Positions 37,819 to 41,932 of a stretch of DNA of 41,932 bases are shown piece by piece. The stretch is taken from the NCBI GenBank assembly GCA_965655535.1, contig CBFHGZ010000003.1:680-42611 (forward strand), in the 5' to 3' direction. The notes below the pieces were generated by a model. The model saw only the letters and a list, made by a program, of their open reading frames with translations, searched no databases and was not told the DNA's origin. Origin of the DNA: Candidatus Actinomarina sp. Lineage in GTDB: Bacteria; Actinomycetota; Acidimicrobiia; Actinomarinales; Actinomarinaceae. A program made the translations under genes and the position numbers. Position 1 is the first letter of the stretch, and each line of letters opens with the position of its first letter.

Positions 37819-39140
37819 AAATTTGGGAAGATTTATCTGAAGATATAAAATCAAAGCTACCAGCAGATGCTGAGTGCGAATTAAAAATGATGCATTCTAA
37901 GAGTGCTTTGACACGATTTGCTAACTCAAATATTCATCAAAATGTCGATGAGGAGTCCGCGGACATTTATCTTACTATTCATAAAGACTCAAAAACAGCA
38001 ACTGTTTCTACAAACATAACAGCACTTAAAAATACTGAAACTTTTGTAAAGAAAGCACTAGAGTCATTGGAAAATAGTCCTATAGATAAAGGGTGGTCTG
38101 GTTTGCCAGATGAAGAATCATCCTATTTGGGCTTAATTGAAATTGAAGAGTCTACACCTGATGAGAGAGCGTTAAAAGTTAAAGAGTTTATTTCTCAAGG
38201 AAAAGAAATGAACGCAGCAGGTTATTGCTCTTCGTACGTAAATAATTTTTTTGTTTGGAATTCAAATGGGCTTGAGTCTTCAGATTCTTCAAGCAGTGCT
38301 TTTATAGACGGAATTTTTAGAACTGACTCTTCTGCAGGCTCATCACACAGAGGTGGAATTAATCTAAGTGAGATTGATGCAGAGATTGCAGGTTCTGAAG
38401 CGGCACAGTTAGCACAAGATAGTATCGACCCTCAAGATATTGAACCTGGAAAATATGAAGTAATACTTGGTCATGAAGCTGTAAGCACAATCCTTGTTTT
38501 TCTCGGAGTTTATGGATTTAATGCAAAAAGCAAAGTTGATGGGATGAGTCCAATTCTGCTTGATGAAAAACAATTTGATGAAAAAATTACCTTAGTTGAC
38601 TCACCTGAAGAGGCCTCTTCAATAGGTTTTAAAATAGATGCTTCAGGATCTCTTAAAAAAAATCTTGTAGTGGTAGACAAAGGTGTTTCTTCATCATATT
38701 TCCATACAAGAAGAACGGCTAAAGAATTAAATGCAGATAATACTTTTCATGAATTATTCGGTTGGGGTGATAACTTTGGAGGTATTGGAACCAATGTTGA
38801 ATTACAAAATGGTGATGTTTCCAAGTCTGAAATGATTTCCAATGTTAAAAAAGGAATCTACATTAATGAATTTTGGTATTGCAGAGTTTTAGATCCCATC
38901 ACACAAGTAGTTACAGGGCTGAATAGAAATGGCTCATTCTTAATAGAAGATGGAAAAATTACTAAACCAGTAGGTAGGCTTCGATTTACTCAGAGTTTTA
39001 TGTCATCCTTATCTCAAGGCAATGTTTTATCTGTGGGTGATAGCGTTAGGTATGCAGACTCAGAATTCGGAGAGGGAATGTTAAAAGTACCGATGCTTCA
39101 TCTTAAAGAATTTAATTTTACTGGTGGTGTCTCTGGATAA
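37815..39140 (+). CDS. pmbA: TldE/PmbA-family protein (partner of TldD)
   Basis: 441 aa from the TldD/PmbA superfamily. It lacks the HExxxH motif and has an ATGA overlap with tldD. Confidence 0.8.
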   Translation: MKIWEDLSEDIKSKLPADAECELKMMHSKSALTRFANSNIHQNVDEESADIYLTIHKDSKTATVSTNITALKNTETFVKKALESLENSPIDKGWSGLPDEESSYLGLIEIEESTPDERALKVKEFISQGKEMNAAGYCSSYVNNFFVWNSNGLESSDSSSSAFIDGIFRTDSSAGSSHRGGINLSEIDAEIAGSEAAQLAQDSIDPQDIEPGKYEVILGHEAVSTILVFLGVYGFNAKSKVDGMSPILLDEKQFDEKITLVDSPEEASSIGFKIDASGSLKKNLVVVDKGVSSSYFHTRRTAKELNADNTFHELFGWGDNFGGIGTNVELQNGDVSKSEMISNVKKGIYINEFWYCRVLDPITQVVTGLNRNGSFLIEDGKITKPVGRLRFTQSFMSSLSQGNVLSVGDSVRYADSEFGEGMLKVPMLHLKEFNFTGGVSG

Positions 39141-39903
39141 GCCTACATATTTTGAAGGGTCAAGTCCAATAATCATTCCACATCGAGGTGGGTCCAACAT
39201 TGTTCCTGAGAATACTTTGCATGGTTTTCAGATGGTCCTTGATGAAGGTTTTAGTCATTACGAAACAGATTTAAGAATGACAAAAGACGGCGAAATAGTA
39301 TTGCATCATGACGAGACTCTCAATAGAACTACAAATGCATCAGGTTTAGTAAAAGATTATTCGTGGAGTGATATTCAAAAAATTAATGCGGGATATAAAT
39401 TTTATAAAAAAAACAATATGCCAAATCGAACTACAAAGCTCATTAGATTAGTTGATGCTTTAGAAATGAATGATGAAATTAAATTAAATCTAGATTTAAA
39501 AGAGTCAGGATTAGCAAAAAAAGTAGTTGAAATAGTCAATACATTTAAAGCTGAAAAAAGAGTTTTAGTGTCTTCCTTTAGTGCAAAAAGACTAGACGAA
39601 TTTATTAAAGTATCAAAAGGGAAAATATTAACCTCAGGATCTTTCAGAGAGAATGCTAAAGCAAAATTTCTTCCAAACAAAAATAGAAATTTTAAAGTAC
39701 AAGCTCTACAAGCACCTTTTAGATGGAAAGGATTGAAAATACTCTCAAAAAAATTAGTAGATTTTTGTAAGATCAACAAGCTTCAACTTCATATTTGGAC
39801 TGTTAATAGTCTTGAAGATTTTCAAGAATGTATAGATTTAGGTTGTAACGGTGTAATTACCGATGAACCAATAATGTTTAGAGATTATATAAAAAATATT
39901 TAA
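39124..39903 (+). CDS. Glycerophosphodiester phosphodiesterase family protein
   Basis: 259 aa with a GTG start. GDPD motifs are present: HRGG...PENT, E.D...TKDGE.V..HD..L.RTT, and a C-terminal W.VN...G..GVITD. Confidence 0.8.
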   Translation: MVSLDKPTYFEGSSPIIIPHRGGSNIVPENTLHGFQMVLDEGFSHYETDLRMTKDGEIVLHHDETLNRTTNASGLVKDYSWSDIQKINAGYKFYKKNNMPNRTTKLIRLVDALEMNDEIKLNLDLKESGLAKKVVEIVNTFKAEKRVLVSSFSAKRLDEFIKVSKGKILTSGSFRENAKAKFLPNKNRNFKVQALQAPFRWKGLKILSKKLVDFCKINKLQLHIWTVNSLEDFQECIDLGCNGVITDEPIMFRDYIKNI

Positions 39904-41393
39904 ACGGTATTTTCGTTAATAAATTCTTTTGCAGCTTTAAAGATTCTTTTTTTTCTTTCTGGGTCTAATTTATCTAGAGATCTAGTTAGCAGTGATAATC
40001 TAGGATTACCTTCATAAAATTTACGATTTTTTTCTGTAAAGCTCCAATAAATTCCGTCGAGTTTATCACACCATTCACCCTTTTTATAGTTACTCATTTT
40101 GAGAACATAATTGGAACCACATGTGTATGGTTTTGTTGACATTAATCCACCATCTGAGTAGGTCGCCATTCCAAAAACATTTGGAACCATAACCCATTCT
40201 GATGAATCAATATACATTTCCATAAACCATTTATATATTTCTTTCGGATGCACTCCACACATATTCATGATGTTACTTATTATCATTAATCTGGGAATGT
40301 GATGAATATATCCATCTTTCAAGGTGGTTTTTATACAATCATCAAGTGGTTCAATCCCAGTACTACCGTCGTACCATGATGAGGTGAGTTTTTTTGTGTT
40401 ATTCCAATAATTACTATTTGATTGGTTAACGCCTTCTGCATGATAAATTCCTCTTATAAACTCTCTCCAACCAATAATTTGCCTTATGAATCCTTCAAGA
40501 GAATTTAAAGGAGTTGAGTTTTTTTCTGAAAATTTCAAGGTTTCAGCAATGACCTCATCTGGAGTTACTAATCCAATGTTTAGTAAAGCACTTAAGCAGC
40601 TGTGATATAAAAAATTTCCACCCTCAATCATTGCATCTTCATAAGTGCCAAAATCTTTAAATCTATTTTTTAAAAAATTTCTAAGTTGTTTCTTAGCCTC
40701 AAGTCTTTGTACCGGAAACCAAATATTGTCTAAACTTCCAGGATGATTTTTGAAGTGTTGATTAATGGTCTCAACTAATTGATGATGGTTTTTAGATAAT
40801 ACAGATTTAATTTCTAATGGTGGTTCAACATTTTTTGGTATTTTTTTTCTGTTATCTTCGTCAAAAGACCATTTACCACCAACTGGATTTCCAGTTTCAT
40901 CAACAAGAATATTGAGTTTTTTTCTAGCTTTTTGATAAAAAGAAGCCATACGATAAGTCTTTTTGCCCTTTGCCATTTCAATAAACTCTTCTCTTGAAAA
41001 TAAGAACATAGGGGATTTAGTAATTTTGACTTCAATTTGGTTCTGAGCTAATTTATTTAAAAATTTTAATTCAAAAGGCTTGTCCTCGATTTCGTAAATA
41101 TTGACTTCTTTAATTTTTTTGTTTTTTAAAAAATCTACTAAAAAATCAATATACGACAACTTATCGATTCTCTGATCTAATTCAAAGTAGTTGACTTTTA
41201 TCGAATTTTTTAACAGCTCATCTCTATACTCACGCATTGCTGCTAGGAATAAATAAATTTTTGATTTGTGATATTTAAATTCTCTACAAAGTCCAAAATC
41301 TTCTGCCATAAAAACTTCATTACAGTTGTTTTTTTTGAGAAGTTTCGGATCAAATAATTGATTTCCTAAAATAATATAAAAATTTTTGCCCAT
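39900..41393 (-). CDS. Cryptochrome/photolyase family protein, FeS-BCP (CryB/PhrB, (6-4) photolyase-like) type
   Basis: The sequence is of the COG3046 type. The N-terminus is MGKNFYIILGNQLF. The C-terminal Cys pattern (DDCIK...YTCGSNYVLKMSNYKKGEWCD) fits the 4Fe-4S cluster ligands of this class. I prefer the ATG at 41391-41393 over the track TTG start at 41432. Confidence 0.8.
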   Translation of the reverse strand: MGKNFYIILGNQLFDPKLLKKNNCNEVFMAEDFGLCREFKYHKSKIYLFLAAMREYRDELLKNSIKVNYFELDQRIDKLSYIDFLVDFLKNKKIKEVNIYEIEDKPFELKFLNKLAQNQIEVKITKSPMFLFSREEFIEMAKGKKTYRMASFYQKARKKLNILVDETGNPVGGKWSFDEDNRKKIPKNVEPPLEIKSVLSKNHHQLVETINQHFKNHPGSLDNIWFPVQRLEAKKQLRNFLKNRFKDFGTYEDAMIEGGNFLYHSCLSALLNIGLVTPDEVIAETLKFSEKNSTPLNSLEGFIRQIIGWREFIRGIYHAEGVNQSNSNYWNNTKKLTSSWYDGSTGIEPLDDCIKTTLKDGYIHHIPRLMIISNIMNMCGVHPKEIYKWFMEMYIDSSEWVMVPNVFGMATYSDGGLMSTKPYTCGSNYVLKMSNYKKGEWCDKLDGIYWSFTEKNRKFYEGNPRLSLLTRSLDKLDPERKKRIFKAAKEFINENTV

Positions 41394-41453
41394 GATATTA
41401 ATTCTTTGTTTACCATTGTAATGGGTGTTCAAGTATTAATACCTAGGGGGAAC

Positions 41454-41932
41454 ATGGATATTAAAGTACTAGATAATGGATTTATTCCAGAATCAATTTC
41501 TGAAAGTCTCTCAAGTGATTTTCAAGATGTAGAAGATGTAGCAAACCAACTTCCAAAGATACTGGCCAACGAACATATTGAATTAAGTGTCAAGGGTATT
41601 AATCCCAATAAAGATATATCAAATCTTTCAGATAGCGAACTGGAAAGAGCAATGCTACTTTATTCGTATATCGGGCATGCTTATATGTGGGGTAAAAAAG
41701 AGGTTCAAAATGTTATACCTAAAGAATTAGCTATCACTTGGCACAGCATTGCAAAAAAATTAGATAGACCTCCAATTCTCTCCTACGCATCATATGCTTT
41801 GAACAACTGGAAAATTCATGATCCCAATAAACCATTTGATGTCGAAAATATAGATATCTTACAAAATTTTCTTGGTGGAGTCGATGAAGACTGGTTTATT
41901 ATGATTCACGTTGCAATTGAATATGAGGCAAA
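41454..41932 (+). CDS. Indoleamine 2,3-dioxygenase (IDO) family protein, 3' partial (runs off window)
   Basis: It is not in the ORF track because there is no stop in the window. ATG at 41454 is preceded by AGGGGG. My translation includes YIGHAYMWGKKEVQNVIPKELAITWHSIAKKLDRPPILSYASYALNNWKIHDPNKPFDVENIDILQNFLGGVDEDWFIMIHVAIE. This parallels the eukaryotic IDO1 segment MAYVWGKG...[30 protein letters not shown]...GFFLVSLLVEI. Confidence 0.8.
   Translation, partial: MDIKVLDNGFIPESISESLSSDFQDVEDVANQLPKILANEHIELSVKGINPNKDISNLSDSELERAMLLYSYIGHAYMWGKKEVQNVIPKELAITWHSIAKKLDRPPILSYASYALNNWKIHDPNKPFDVENIDILQNFLGGVDEDWFIMIHVAIEYEA

Noticed and set aside
681-41035. Short opposite-strand or overlapping ORFs in the track. 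These are 681-983, 4798-5031, 6010-6195, 7839-8087, 17729-17932, 17938-18126, 19473-19658, 20165-20440, 22368-22568, 22888-23079, 23453-23653, 23823-24023, 26471-26755, 27185-27478, 27540-27764, 31282-31470, 31371-31607, 32372-32554, 34895-35203, 39402-39779 and 40814-41035.
   Set aside because: Each lies wholly inside a longer ORF with strong family-level motifs on the other strand or frame. Their translations are low-complexity (S/F/L/I-rich) shadow frames typical of AT-rich DNA, and none has a recognisable motif or ribosome-binding site.
1-41932. Search for CRISPR arrays, long direct or inverted repeats, transposases, integrases, phage genes or toxin-antitoxin/defence modules.
   Set aside because: By eye there are no regularly spaced repeats and no recombinase or transposase-like ORFs. 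Every gap between genes is under about 90 nt. RmuC is present but sits in a housekeeping context (glycosyltransferase, CoA-binding protein) with no partner defence genes.

Overview
This is a very compact window, about one-third GC by eye, almost fully coding, with many 4-nt gene overlaps. The content is housekeeping and energy metabolism and looks like a streamlined low-GC marine or freshwater actinobacterium. That assignment is an inference from an F420-type LLM oxidoreductase, an Rv0338c/EtfD-like Fe-S oxidoreductase, DUF1475 and an actinobacterial-style sigma factor.

Main blocks:
- Partial EtfD-like Fe-S oxidoreductase, then nadE, a class IV aminotransferase, selD, a hydrolase, a GT4 glycosyltransferase and rmuC.
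- A large acyl-CoA dehydrogenase and a PfkB kinase.
- A cupredoxin/beta-helix lipoprotein.
- A minus-strand cluster ctaC-ctaD-ctaE-ctaF-ctaG-like, membrane protein, aceA, SDR. This is a caa3-type oxidase, with divergent ctaB-lgt.
- A minus-strand run of tRNA-Sec, small ORF, hflX, gnd, pepN, LLM oxidoreductase and a Ca/Na antiporter.
- An HTH membrane protein with ctaA, a sigma-70 factor, tldD-pmbA, a glycerophosphodiesterase, an FeS-type photolyase and a partial indoleamine 2,3-dioxygenase homolog that the ORF track does not list.

The most notable signal is selenocysteine decoding. The selD ORF in the track is truncated: the real gene starts 72 nt upstream at a GTG with an AGGAGG Shine-Dalgarno and reads through an in-frame TGA exactly at the catalytic Cys/Sec position. 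A hairpin overlaps that TGA. A 92-nt tRNA with anticodon UCA (selC) lies 26 kb away. No selA or selB is in the window.

I saw no CRISPR array, transposase, integrase or recognisable defence system, and I cannot point to a convincing undescribed multi-gene system. The unexplained items are single genes: the cupredoxin/beta-helix/PLDc_N fusion, a 374-aa membrane protein inside the oxidase-aceA cluster, and a 106-aa orphan next to selC.
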